Made by a program: the position numbers and the translations under genes. Below, piece by piece: positions 12,501 through 27,500 of a stretch of DNA of 64,000 bases (position 1 is its first letter; every line of letters starts with the position of its first letter). The stretch is from assembly GCA_964057225.1 (NCBI GenBank), contig OZ059897.1, positions 17,980,001 through 18,044,000 on the forward strand. Reading direction: 5' to 3'. The notes beneath the pieces were generated by a model. It did not search any database. It had not been told where the DNA came from and saw nothing but the letters and a program-made list of their open reading frames with translations. Origin of the DNA: Auanema rhodensis (taxonomy: Eukaryota; Animalia; Nematoda).

Positions 12501-15239
12501 ATTGAGGATATAAGTGTGAACTTATATCAGATGATATCTCGGTGCATTTTTAAGCTAGCGCAAATCTGATAACACAGATCGACGCAGCTTAAAAATCCGC
12601 ATCGAATGCACTATACTACATTGAGAAACGCTTAATACAAAAATTAGTTATAATCGTTTGAAAAATGATGCATTAGTGTATGTTGAGTTTCCATGTACAC
12701 TCAACATTGCTTCCAAAAACATTTTGACAAAAATTTTTTCGAAAAATTTCAAAATAGTTTAGCAAAAAGTAGATGTTTTTAGATTCCATTTTTCAAGGCA
12801 AAGACGATGGACAATGTTATTCAACGAAAAAATTAATTCTTCAGGGTGAAAATTGAGGATATAAGTGTGAACTTATATCAGATGATATCTCGGTGCATTT
12901 TTAAGCTAGCGCAAATCTGATAACACAGATCGACGCAGCTTAAAAATCCGCATCGAATGCACTATACTACATTGAGAAACGCTTAATACAAAAATTAGTT
13001 ATAATCGTTTGAGAAATGATGCATTAGTGTATGTTGAGTTTCCATGTACACTCAACATTGCTTCCAAAAACATTTTGACAAAAATTTTTTCGAAAAATTT
13101 CAAAATAGTTTAGCAAAAAGTAGATGTTTTTAGATTCCATTTTTCAAGGCAAAGACGATGGACAATGTTATTCAACGAAAAAATTAATTCTTCAGGGTGA
13201 AAATTGAGGATATAAGTGCGAACTTATATCAGTTGATATCTCGGTGCATTTTTAAGCTAGCGCAAATCTGATAACACAGATCGACGCAGCTTAAAAATCC
13301 GCATCGAATGCACTATACTACATTGAGAAACACTTGATACAAAAATTAGTTATGATCGTTTGAAAAATGATGCATTAGTGTATGTTGAGTTTCCAAGTAC
13401 ACTCAACATTGCTTCCAAAAACATTTTGACAAAAATTTTTTCGAAAAATTTCAAAATAATTTAGCAAAAAGTAGATGTTTTTAGATTCCATTTTTCAAGG
13501 CAAAGACGATGGACAATGTTATTCAACGAAAAAATTAATTCTTCAGGGTGAAAATCGAGGATATAAGTGTGAACTTATATCAGTTGATATCTCGGTGCAT
13601 TTTTAAGCTAGCGCAAATCTGATAACACAGATCGACGCAGCTTAAAAATCCGCATCGAATGCACTATACTACATTGAGAAACGCTTAATACAAAAATTAG
13701 TTATAATCGTTTGAAAAATGATGCATTAGTGTATGTTGAGTTTCCATGTACACTCAACATTGCTTCCAAAAACATTTTGACAAAAATTTTTTCGAAAAAT
13801 TTCAAAATAATTTAGCAAAAAGTAGATGCTTTTAGATTCCATTTTTCAAGGCAAAGACGATGGACAATGTTATTCAACGAAAAAATTAATTCTTCAGGGT
13901 GAAAATTGAGGATATAAGTGTGAACTTATATCAGTTGATATCTCGGTGCATTTTTAAGCTAGCGCAAATCTGATAACACAGATCGACGCAGCTTAAAAAT
14001 CCGCATCGAATGCACTATACTACATTGAGAAACGCTTAATACAAAAATTAGTTATAATCGTTTGAAAAATGATGCATTAGTGTATGTTGAGTTTCCATGT
14101 ACACTCAACATTGCTTCCAAAAACATTTTGACAAAAATTTTTTCGAAAAATTTCAAAATAATTTAGCAAAAAGTAGATGCTTTTAGATTCCATTTTTCAA
14201 GGCAAAGACGATGGACAATGTTATTCAACGAAAAAATTAATTCTTCAGGGTGAAAATTGAGGATATAAGTGTGAACTTATATCAGTTGATATCTCGGTGC
14301 ATTTTTAAGCTAGCGCAAATCTGATAACACAGATCGACGCAGCTTAAAAATCCGCATCGAATGCACTATACTACATTGAGAAACGCTTAATACAAAAATT
14401 AGTTATAATCGTTTGAAAAATGATGCATTAGTGTATGTTGAGTTTCCATGTACACTCAACATTGCTTCCAAAAACATTTTGACAAAAATTTTTTCGAAAA
14501 ATTTCAAAATAATTTAGCAAAAAGTAGATGCTTTTAGATTCCATTTTTCAAGGCAAAGACGATGGACAATGTTATTCAACGAAAAAATTAATTCTTCAGG
14601 GTGAAAATTGAGGATATAAGTGTGAACTTATATCAGTTGATATCTCGGTGCATTTTTAAGCTAGCGCAAATCTGATAACACAGATCGACGCAGCTTAAAA
14701 ATCCGCATCGAATGCACTATACTACATTGAGAAACGCTTAATACAAAAATTAGTTATAATCGTTTGAAAAATGATGCATTAGTGTATGTTGAGTTTCCAT
14801 GTACACTCAACATTGCTTCCAAAAACGTTTTGACAAAAATTTTTTCGAAAAATTTCAAAATAGTTTAGCAAAAAGTAGATGTTTTTAGATTCCATTTTTC
14901 AAGGCAAAGACGATGGACAATGTTATTCAACGAAAAAATTAATTCTTCAGGGTGAAAATTGAGGATATAAGTGTGAACTTATATCAGTTGATATCTCGGT
15001 GCATTTTTAAGCTAGCGCAAATCTGATAACACAGATCGACGCAGCTTAAAAATCCGCATCGAATGCACTATACTACATTGAGAAACGCTTAATACAAAAA
15101 TTAGTTATAATCGTTTGAAAAATGATGCATTAGTGTATGTTGAGTTTCCATGTACACTCAACATTGCTTCCAAAAACGTTTTGACAAAAATTTTTTCGAA
15201 AAATTTCAAAATAGTTTAGCAAAAAGTAGATGCTTTTAG

Positions 15240-18200
15240 ATTCCATTTTTCAAGGCAAAGACGATGGACAATGTTATTCAACGAAAAAATTAATTCTTCA
15301 GGGTGAAAATTGAGGATATAAGTGTGAACTTATATCAGTTGATATCTCGGTGCATTTTTAAGCTAGCGCAAATCTGATAACACAGATCGACGCAGCTTAA
15401 AAATCCGCATCGAATGCACTATACTACATCGAGAAACGCTTAATACAAAAATTAGTTATAATCGTTTGAAAAATGATGCATTAGTGTATGTTGAGTTTCC
15501 ATGTACACTCAACATTGCTTCCAAAAACATTTTGACAAAAATTTTTTCGAAAAATTTCAAAATAATTTAGCAAAAAGTAGATGCTTTTAGATTCCATTTT
15601 CAAGGCAAAGACGATGGACAATGTTATTCAACGAAAAAATTAATTCTTCAGGGTGAAAATTGAGGATATAAGTGTGAACTTATATCAGATGATATCTCGG
15701 TGCATTTTTAAGCTAGCGCAAATCTGATAACACAGATCGACGCAGCTTAAAAATCCGCATCGAATGCACTATACTACATTGAGAAACGCTTAATACAAAA
15801 ATTAGTTATAATCGTTTGAAAAATGATGCATTAGTGTATGTTGAGTTTCCATGTACACTCAACATTGCTTCCAAAAACATTTTGACAAAAATTTTTTCGA
15901 AAAATTTCAAAATAGTTTAGCAAAAAGTAGATGTTTTTAGATTCCATTTTTCAAGGCAAAGACGATGGACAATGTTATTCAACGAAAAAATTAATTCTTC
16001 AGGGTGAAAATTGAGGATATAAGTGCGAACTTATATCAGTTGATATCTCGGTGCATTTTTAAGCTAGCGCAAATCTGATAACACAGATCGACGCAGCTTA
16101 AAAATCCGCATCGAATGCACTATACTACATTGAGAAACACTTGATACAAAAATTAGTTATGATCGTTTGAAAAATGATGCATTAGTGTATGTTGAGTTTC
16201 CAAGTACACTCAACATTGCTTCCAAAAACATTTTGACAAAAATTTTTTCGAAAAATTTCAGAATAATTTAGCAAAAAGTAGATGTTTTTAGATTCCATTT
16301 TTCAAGGCAAAGACGATGGACAATGTTATTCAACGAAAAAATTAATTCTTCAGGGTGAAAATTGAGGATATAAGTGCGAACTTATATCAGTTGATATCTC
16401 GGTGCATTTTTAAGCTAGCGCAAATCTGATAACACAGATCGACGCAGCTTAAAAATCCGCATCGAATGCACTATACTACATTGAGAAACGCTTAATACAA
16501 AAATTAGTTATAATCGTTTGAAAAATGATGCATTAGTGTATGTTGAGTTTCCATGTACACTCAACATTGCTTCCAAAAACATTTTGACAAAAATTTTTTC
16601 GAAAAATTTCAAAATAATTTAGCAAAAAGTAGATGCTTTTAGATTCCATTTTTCAAGGCAAAGACGATGGACAATGTTATTCAACGAAAAAATTAATTCT
16701 TCAGGGTGAAAATTGAGGATATAAGTGTGAACTTATATCAGTTGATATCTCGGTGCATTTTTAAGCTAGCGCAAATCTGATAACACAGATCGACGCAGCT
16801 TAAAAATCCGCATCGAATGCACTATACTACATTGAGAAACGCTTAATACAAAAATTAGTTATAATCGTTTGAAAAATGATGCATTAGTGTATGTTGAGTT
16901 TCCATGTACACTCAACATTGCTTCCAAAAACGTTTTGACAAAAATTTTTTCGAAAAATTTCAAAATAGTTTAGCAAAAAGTAGATGTTTTTAGATTCCAT
17001 TTTTCAAGGCAAAGACGATGGACAATGTTATTCAACGAAAAAATTAATTCTTCAGGGTGAAAATTGAGGATATAAGTGTGAACTTATATCAGTTGATATC
17101 TCGGTGCATTTTTAAGCTAGCGCAAATCTGATAACACAGATCGACGCAGCTTAAAAATCCGCATCGAATGCACTATACTACATCGAGAAACGCTTAATAC
17201 AAAAATTAGTTATAATCGTTTGAAAAATGATGCATTAGTGTATGTTGAGTTTCCATGTACACTCAACATTGCTTCCAAAAACATTTTGACAAAAATTTTT
17301 TCGAAAAATTTCAAAATAATTTAGCAAAAAGTAGATGCTTTTAGATTCCATTTTCAAGGCAAAGACGATGGACAATGTTATTCAACGAAAAAATTAATTC
17401 TTCAGGGTGAAAATTGAGGATATAAGTGTGAACTTATATCAGATGATATCTCGGTGCATTTTTAAGCTAGCGCAAATCTGATAACACAGATCGACGCAGC
17501 TTAAAAATCCGCATCGAATGCACTATACTACATTGAGAAACGCTTAATACAAAAATTAGTTATAATCGTTTGAAAAATGATGCATTAGTGTATGTTGAGT
17601 TTCCATGTACACTCAACATTGCTTCCAAAAACATTTTGACAAAAATTTTTTCGAAAAATTTCAAAATAGTTTAGCAAAAAGTAGATGTTTTTAGATTCCA
17701 TTTTTCAAGGCAAAGACGATGGACAATGTTATTCAACGAAAAAATTAATTCTTCAGGGTGAAAATTGAGGATATAAGTGCGAACTTATATCAGTTGATAT
17801 CTCGGTGCATTTTTAAGCTAGCGCAAATCTGATAACACAGATCGACGCAGCTTAAAAATCCGCATCGAATGCACTATACTACATTGAGAAACACTTGATA
17901 CAAAAATTAGTTATGATCGTTTGAAAAATGATGCATTAGTGTATGTTGAGTTTCCAAGTACACTCAACATTGCTTCCAAAAACATTTTGACAAAAATTTT
18001 TTCGAAAAATTTCAAAATAATTTAGCAAAAAGTAGATGTTTTTAGATTCCATTTTTCAAGGCAAAGACGATGGACAATGTTATTCAACGAAAAAATTAAT
18101 TCTTCAGGGTGAAAATTGAGGATATAAGTGCGAACTTATATCAGTTGATATCTCGGTGCATTTTTAAGCTAGCGCAAATCTGATAACACAGATCGACGCA

Positions 18201-21200
18201 GCTTAAAAATCCGCATCGAATGCACTATACTACATTGAGAAACGCTTAATACAAAAATTAGTTATAATCGTTTGAAAAATGATGCATTAGTGTATGTTGA
18301 GTTTCCATGTACACTCAACATTGCTTCCAAAAACATTTTGACAAAAATTTTTTCGAAAAATTTCAAAATAATTTAGCAAAAAGTAGATGCTTTTAGATTC
18401 CATTTTTCAAGGCAAAGACGATGGACAATGTTATTCAACGAAAAAATTAATTCTTCAGGGTGAAAATTGAGGATATAAGTGTGAACTTATATCAGTTGAT
18501 ATCTCGGTGCATTTTTAAGCTAGCGCAAATCTGATAACACAGATCGACGCAGCTTAAAAATCCGCATCGAATGCACTATACTACATTGAGAAACGCTTAA
18601 TACAAAAATTAGTTATAATCGTTTGAAAAATGATGCATTAGTGTATGTTGAGTTTCCATGTACACTCAACATTGCTTCCAAAAACGTTTTGACAAAAATT
18701 TTTTCGAAAAATTTCAAAATAGTTTAGCAAAAAGTAGATGTTTTTAGATTCCATTTTTCAAGGCAAAGACGATGGACAATGTTATTCAACGAAAAAATTA
18801 ATTCTTCAGGGTGAAAATTGAGGATATAAGTGTGAACTTATATCAGTTGATATCTCGGTGCATTTTTAAGCTAGCGCAAATCTGATAACACAGATCGACG
18901 CAGCTTAAAAATCCGCATCGAATGCACTATACTACATCGAGAAACGCTTAATACAAAAATTAGTTATAATCGTTTGAAAAATGATGCATTAGTGTATGTT
19001 GAGTTTCCATGTACACTCAACATTGCTTCCAAAAACATTTTGACAAAAATTTTTTCGAAAAATTTCAAAATAATTTAGCAAAAAGTAGATGCTTTTAGAT
19101 TCCATTTTCAAGGCAAAGACGATGGACAATGTTATTCAACGAAAAAATTAATTCTTCAGGGTGAAAATTGAGGATATAAGTGTGAACTTATATCAGATGA
19201 TATCTCGGTGCATTTTTAAGCTAGCGCAAATCTGATAACACAGATCGACGCAGCTTAAAAATCCGCATCGAATGCACTATACTACATTGAGAAACGCTTA
19301 ATACAAAAATTAGTTATAATCGTTTGAAAAATGATGCATTAGTGTATGTTGAGTTTCCATGTACACTCAACATTGCTTCCAAAAACATTTTGACAAAAAT
19401 TTTTTCGAAAAATTTCAAAATAGTTTAGCAAAAAGTAGATGTTTTTAGATTCCATTTTTTAAGGCAAAGACGATGGACAATGTTATTCAACGAAAAAATT
19501 AATTCTTCAGGGTGAAAATTGAGGATATAAGTGCGAACTTATATCAGTTGATATCTCGGTGCATTTTTAAGCTAGCGCAAATCTGATAACACAGATCGAC
19601 GCAGCTTAAAAATCCGCATCGAATGCACTATACTACATTGAGAAACACTTGATACAAAAATTAGTTATGATCGTTTGAAAAATGATGCATTAGTGTATGT
19701 TGAGTTTCCAAGTACACTCAACATTGCTTCCAAAAACATTTTGACAAAAATTTTTTCGAAAAATTTCAAAATAATTTAGCAAAAAGTAGATGTTTTTAGA
19801 TTCCATTTTTCAAGGCAAAGACGATGGACAATGTTATTCAACGAAAAAATTAATTCTTCAGGGTGAAAATTGAGGATATAAGTGCGAACTTATATCAGTT
19901 GATATCTCGGTGCATTTTTAAGCTAGCGCAAATCTGATAACACAGATCGACGCAGCTTAAAAATCCGCATCGAATGCACTATACTACATTGAGAAACGCT
20001 TAATACAAAAATTAGTTATAATCGTTTGAAAAATGATGCATTAGTGTATGTTGAGTTTCCATGTACACTCAACATTGCTTCCAAAAACATTTTGACAAAA
20101 ATTTTTTCGAAAAATTTCAAAATAATTTAGCAAAAAGTAGATGCTTTTAGATTCCATTTTTCAAGGCAAAGACGATGGACAATGTTATTCAACGAAAAAA
20201 TTAATTCTTCAGGGTGAAAATTGAGGATATAAGTGTGAACTTATATCAGTTGATATCTCGGTGCATTTTTAAGCTAGCGCAAATCTGATAACACAGATCG
20301 ACGCAGCTTAAAAATCCGCATCGAATGCACTATACTACATTGAGAAACGCTTAATACAAAAATTAGTTATAATCGTTTGAAAAATGATGCATTAGTGTAT
20401 GTTGAGTTTCCATGTACACTCAACATTGCTTCCAAAAACGTTTTGACAAAAATTTTTTCGAAAAATTTCAAAATAGTTTAGCAAAAAGTAGATGTTTTTA
20501 GATTCCATTTTTCAAGGCAAAGACGATGGACAATGTTATTCAACGAAAAAATTAATTCTTCAGGGTGAAAATTGAGGATATAAGTGTGAACTTATATCAG
20601 TTGATATCTCGGTGCATTTTTAAGCTAGCGCAAATCTGATAACACAGATCGACGCAGCTTAAAAATCCGCATCGAATGCACTATACTACATCGAGAAACG
20701 CTTAATACAAAAATTAGTTATAATCGTTTGAAAAATGATGCATTAGTGTATGTTGAGTTTCCATGTACACTCAACATTGCTTCCAAAAACATTTTGACAA
20801 AAATTTTTTCGAAAAATTTCAAAATAATTTAGCAAAAAGTAGATGCTTTTAGATTCCATTTTCAAGGCAAAGACGATGGACAATGTTATTCAACGAAAAA
20901 ATTAATTCTTCAGGGTGAAAATTGAGGATATAAGTGTGAACTTATATCAGATGATATCTCGGTGCATTTTTAAGCTAGCGCAAATCTGATAACACAGATC
21001 GACGCAGCTTAAAAATCCGCATCGAATGCACTATACTACATTGAGAAACGCTTAATACAAAAATTAGTTATAATCGTTTGAAAAATGATGCATTAGTGTA
21101 TGTTGAGTTTCCATGTACACTCAACATTGCTTCCAAAAACATTTTGACAAAAATTTTTTCGAAAAATTTCAAAATAGTTTAGCAAAAAGTAGATGTTTTT

Positions 21201-21570
21201 AGATTCCATTTTTCAAGGCAAAGACGATGGACAATGTTATTCAACGAAAAAATTAATTCTTCAGGGTGAAAATTGAGGATATAAGTGCGAACTTATATCA
21301 GTTGATATCTCGGTGCATTTTTAAGCTAGCGCAAATCTGATAACACAGATCGACGCAGCTTAAAAATCCGCATCGAATGCACTATACTACATTGAGAAAC
21401 ACTTGATACAAAAATTAGTTATGATCGTTTGAAAAATGATGCATTAGTGTATGTTGAGTTTCCAAGTACACTCAACATTGCTTCCAAAAACATTTTGACA
21501 AAAATTTTTTCGAAAAATTTCAAAATAATTTAGCAAAAAGTAGATGTTTTTAGATTCCATTTTTCAAGGC
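15240..21570. repeat. Local higher-order repeat: 5-monomer unit (1754 bp), about 3.6 copies
   Basis: The CATCGAG variant lies at 15430, 17184, 18938 and 20692 (1754 spacing). Each unit has one 350-bp monomer and the same order of five monomer types. Confidence 0.9.
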
Positions 21571-24500
21571 GAAGACGATGGACAATGTTATTCAACGAAA
21601 AAATTAATTCTTCAGGGTGAAAATCGAGGATATAAGTGTGAACTTATATCAGTTGATATCTCGGTGCATTTTTAAGCTAGCGCAAATCTGATAACACAGA
21701 TCGACGCAGCTTAAAAATCCGCATCGAATGCACTATACTACATCGAGAAACGCTTAATACAAAAATTAGTTATAATCGTTTGAAAAATGATGCATTAGTG
21801 TATGTTGAGTTTCCATGTACACTCAACATTGCTTCCAAAAACATTTTGACAAAAATTTTTTCGAAAAATTTCAAAATAATTTAGCAAAAAGTAGATGTTT
21901 TTAGATTCCATTTTTCAAGTCAAAGACGATGGACAATGTTATTCAACGAAAAAATTAATTCTTCAGGGTGAAAATCGAGGATATAAGTGTGAACTTATAT
22001 CAGTTGATATCTCGGTGCATTTTTAAGCTAGCGCAAATCTGATAACACAGATCGACGCAGCTTAAAAATCCGCATCGAATGCATTATACTACATTGAGAA
22101 ACGCTTAATACAAAAATTAGTTATAATCGTTTGAAAAATGATGCATTAGTGTATGTTGAGTTTCCATGTACACTCAACATTGCTTCCAAAAACATTTTGA
22201 CAAAAATTTTTTCGAAAAATTTCAAAATAATTTAGCAAAAAGTAGATGCTTTTAGATTCCATTTTTCAAGGCAAAGACGATGGACAATGTTATTCAACGA
22301 AAAAATTAATTCTTCAGGGTGAAAATTGAGGATATAAGTGTGAACTTATATCAGTTGATATCTCGGTGCATTTTTAAGCTAGCGCAAATCTGATAACACA
22401 GATCGACGCAGCTTAAAAATCCGCATCGAATGCACTATACTACATTGAGAAACGCTTAATACAAAAATTAGTTATAATCGTTTGAAAAATGATGCATTAG
22501 TGTATGTTGAGTTTCCATGTACACTCAACATTGCTTCCAAAAACGTTTTGACAAAAATTTTTTCGAAAAATTTCAAAATAGTTTAGCAAAAAGTAGATGT
22601 TTTTAGATTCCATTTTTCAAGGCAAAGACGATGGACAATGTCATTCAACGAAAAAATTAATTCTTCAGGGTGAAAATTGAGGATATAAGTGTGAACTTAT
22701 ATCAGTTGATATCTCGGTGCATTTTTAAGCTAGCGCAAATCTGATAACACAGATCGACGCAGCTTAAAAATCCGCATCGAATGCACTATACTACATTGAG
22801 AAACGCTTAATACAAAAATTAGTTATAATCGTTTGAAAAATGATGCATTAGTGTATGTTGAGTTTCCATGTACACTCAACATTGCTTCCAAAAACATTTT
22901 GACAAAAATTTTTTCGAAAAATTTCAAAATAATTTAGCAAAAAGTAGATGCTTTTAGATTCCATTTTCAAGGCAAAGACGATGGACAATGTTATTCAACG
23001 AAAAAATTAATTCTTCAGGGTGAAAATTGAGGATATAAGTGTGAACTTATATCAGATGATATCTCGGTGCATTTTTAAGCTAGCGCAAATCTGATAACAC
23101 AGATCGACGCAGCTTAAAAATCCGCATCGAATGCACTATACTACATTGAGAAACGCTTAATACAAAAATTAGTTATAATCGTTTGAAAAATGATGCATTA
23201 GTGTATGTTGAGTTTCCATGTACACTCAACATTGCTTCCAAAAACATTTTGACAAAAATTTTTTCGAAAAATTTCAAAATAGTTTAGCAAAAAGTAGATG
23301 TTTTTAGATTCCATTTTTCAAGGCAAAGACGATGGACAATGTTATTCAACGAAAAAATTAATTCTTCAGGGTGAAAATCGAGGATATAAGTGTGAACTTA
23401 TATCAGTTGATATCTCGGTGCATTTTTAAGCTAGCGCAAATCTGATAACACAGATCGACGCAGCTTAAAAATCCGCATCGAATGCACTACACTACATCGA
23501 GAAACGCTTAATACAAAAATTAGTTATAATCGTTTGAAAAATGATGCATTAGTGTATGTTGAGTTTCCATGTACACTCAACATTGCTTCCAAAAACGTTT
23601 TGACAAAAATTTTTTCGACAAATTTCAAAATAGTTTAGCAAAAAGTAGATGTTTTTAGATTCCATTTTTCAAGGCAAAGACGATGGACAATGTTATTCAA
23701 CGAAAAAATTAATTCTTCAGGGTGAAAATTGAGGATATAAGTGTGAACTTATATCAGTTGATATCTCGGTGCATTTTTAAGCTAGCGCAAATCTGATAAC
23801 ACAGATCGACGCAGCTTAAAAATCCGCATCGAATGCACTATACTACATTGAGAAACGCTTAATACAAAAATTAGTTATAATCGTTTGAAAAATGATGCAT
23901 TAGTGTATGTTGAGTTTCCATGTACACTCAACATTGCTTCCAAAAACGTTTTGACAAAAATTTTTTCGAAAAATTTCAAAATAGTTTAGCAAAAAGTAGA
24001 TGTTTTTAGATTCCATTTTTCAAGGCAAAGACGATGGACAATGTTATTCAACGAAAAAATTAATTCTTCAGGGTGAAAATTGAGGATATAAGTGTGAACT
24101 TATATCAGTTGATATCTCGGTGCATTTTTAAGCTAGCGCAAATCTGATAACACAGATCGACGCAGCTTAAAAATCCGCATCGAATGCACTATACTACATC
24201 GAGAAACGCTTAATACAAAAATTAGTTATAATCGTTTGAAAAATGATGCATTAGTGTATGTTGAGTTTCCATGTACACTCAACATTGCTTCCAAAAACAT
24301 TTTGACAAAAATTTTTTCGAAAAATTTCAAAATAATTTAGCAAAAAGTAGATGCTTTTAGATTCCATTTTCAAGGCAAAGACGATGGACAATGTTATTCA
24401 ACGAAAAAATTAATTCTTCAGGGTGAAAATTGAGGATATAAGTGTGAACTTATATCAGATGATATCTCGGTGCATTTTTAAGCTAGCGCAAATCTGATAA

Positions 24501-27500
24501 CACAGATCGACGCAGCTTAAAAATCCGCATCGAATGCACTATACTACATTGAGAAACGCTTAATACAAAAATTAGTTATAATCGTTTGAAAAATGATGCA
24601 TTAGTGTATGTTGAGTTTCCATGTACACTCAACATTGCTTCCAAAAACATTTTGACAAAAATTTTTTCGAAAAATTTCAAGATAGTTTAGCAAAAAGTAG
24701 ATGTTTTTAGATTCCATTTTTCAAGGCAAAGACGATGGACAATGTTATTCAACGAAAAAATTAATTCTTCAGGGTGAAAATTGAGGATATAAGTGCGAAC
24801 TTATATCAGTTGATATCTCGGTGCATTTTTAAGCTAGCGCAAATCTGATAACACAGATCGACGCAGCTTAAAAATCCGCATCGAATGCACTATACTACAT
24901 TGAGAAACGCTTAATACAAAAATTAGTTATAATCGTTTGAAAAATGATGCATTAGTGTATGTTGAGTTTCCATGTACACTCAACATTGCTTCCAAAAACA
25001 TTTTGACAAAAATTTTTTCGAAAAATTTCAAAATAGTTTAGCAAAAAGTAGATGTTTTTAGATTCCATTTTTCAAGGCAAAGACGATGGACAATGTTATT
25101 CAACGAAAAAATTAATTCTTCAGGGTGAAAATTGAGGATATAAGTGTGAACTTATATCAGTTGATATCTCGGTGCATTTTTAAGCTAGCGCAAATCTGAT
25201 AACACAGATCGACGCAGCTTAAAAATCCGCATCGAATGCACTATACTACATTGAGAAACGCTTAATACAAAAATTAGTTATAATCGTTTGAAAAATGATG
25301 CATTAGTGTATGTTGAGTTTCCATGTACACTCAACATTGCTTCCAAAAACATTTTGACAAAAATTTTTTCGAAAAATTTCAAAATAATTTAGCAAAAAGT
25401 AGATGCTTTTAGATTCCATTTTCAAGGCAAAGACGATGGACAATGTTATTCAACGAAAAAATTAATTCTTCAGGGTGAAAATTGAGGATATAAGTGTGAA
25501 CTTATATCAGATGATATCTCGGTGCATTTTTAAGCTAGCGCAAATCTGATAACACAGATCGACGCAGCTTAAAAATCCGCATCGAATGCACTATACTACA
25601 TTGAGAAACGCTTAATACAAAAATTAGTTATAATCGTTTGAAAAATGATGCATTAGTGTATGTTGAGTTTCCATGTACACTCAACATTGCTTCCAAAAAC
25701 ATTTTGACAAAAATTTTTTCGAAAAATTTCAAAATAGTTTAGCAAAAAGTAGATGTTTTTAGATTCCATTTTTCAAGGCAAAGACGATGGACAATGTTAT
25801 TCAACGAAAAAATTAATTCTTCAGGGTGAAAATCGAGGATATAAGTGTGAACTTATATCAGTTGATATCTCGGTGCATTTTTAAGCTAGCGCAAATCTGA
25901 TAACACAGATCGACGCAGCTTAAAAATCCGCATCGAATGCACTACACTACATCGAGAAACGCTTAATACAAAAATTAGTTATAATCGTTTGAAAAATGAT
26001 GCATTAGTGTATGTTGAGTTTCCATGTACACTCAACATTGCTTCCAAAAACATTTTGACAAAAATTTTTTCGAAAAATTTCAAAATAATTTAGCAAAAAG
26101 TAGATGTTTTTAGATTCCATTTTTTAAGGCAAAGACGATGGACAATGTTATTCAACGAAAAAATTAATTCTTCAGGGTGAAAATTGAGGATATAAGTGTG
26201 AACTTATATCAGTTGATATCTCGGTGCATTTTTAAGCTAGCGCAAATCTGATAACACAGATCGACGCAGCTTAAAAATCCGCATCGAATGCACTATACTA
26301 CATTGAGAAACGCTTAATACAAAAATTAGTTATAATCGTTTGAAAAATGATGCATTAGTGTATGTTGAGTTTCCATGTACACTCAACATTGCTTCCAAAA
26401 ACGTTTTGACAAAAATTTTTTCGACAAATTTCAAAATAGTTTAGCAAAAAGTAGATGTTTTTAGATTCCATTTTTCAAGGCAAAGACGATGGACAATGTT
26501 ATTCAACGAAAAAATTAATTCTTCAGGGTGAAAATTGAGGATATAAGTGTGAACTTATATCAGTTGATATCTCGGTGCATTTTTAAGCTAGCGCAAATCT
26601 GATAACACAGATCGACGCAGCTTAAAAATCCGCATCGAATGCACTATACTACATTGAGAAACGCTTAATACAAAAATTAGTTATAATCGTTTGAAAAATG
26701 ATGCATTAGTGTATGTTGAGTTTCCATGTACACTCAACATTGCTTCCAAAAACGTTTTGACAAAAATTTTTTCGAAAAATTTCAAAATAGTTTAGCAAAA
26801 AGTAGATGTTTTTAGATTCCATTTTTCAAGGCAAAGACGATGGACAATGTTATTCAACGAAAAAATTAATTCTTCAGGGTGAAAATTGAGGATATAAGTG
26901 TGAACTTATATCAGTTGATATCTCGGTGCATTTTTAAGCTAGCGCAAATCTGATAACACAGATCGACGCAGCTTAAAAATCCGCATCGAATGCACTATAC
27001 TACATCGAGAAACGCTTAATACAAAAATTAGTTATAATCGTTTGAAAAATGATGCATTAGTGTATGTTGAGTTTCCATGTACACTCAACATTGCTTCCAA
27101 AAACATTTTGACAAAAATTTTTTCGAAAAATTTCAAAATAATTTAGCAAAAAGTAGATGCTTTTAGATTCCATTTTCAAGGCAAAGACGATGGACAATGT
27201 TATTCAACGAAAAAATTAATTCTTCAGGGTGAAAATTGAGGATATAAGTGTGAACTTATATCAGATGATATCTCGGTGCATTTTTAAGCTAGCGCAAATC
27301 TGATAACACAGATCGACGCAGCTTAAAAATCCGCATCGAATGCACTATACTACATTGAGAAACGCTTAATACAAAAATTAGTTATAATCGTTTGAAAAAT
27401 GATGCATTAGTGTATGTTGAGTTTCCATGTACACTCAACATTGCTTCCAAAAACATTTTGACAAAAATTTTTTCGAAAAATTTCAAAATAGTTTAGCAAA

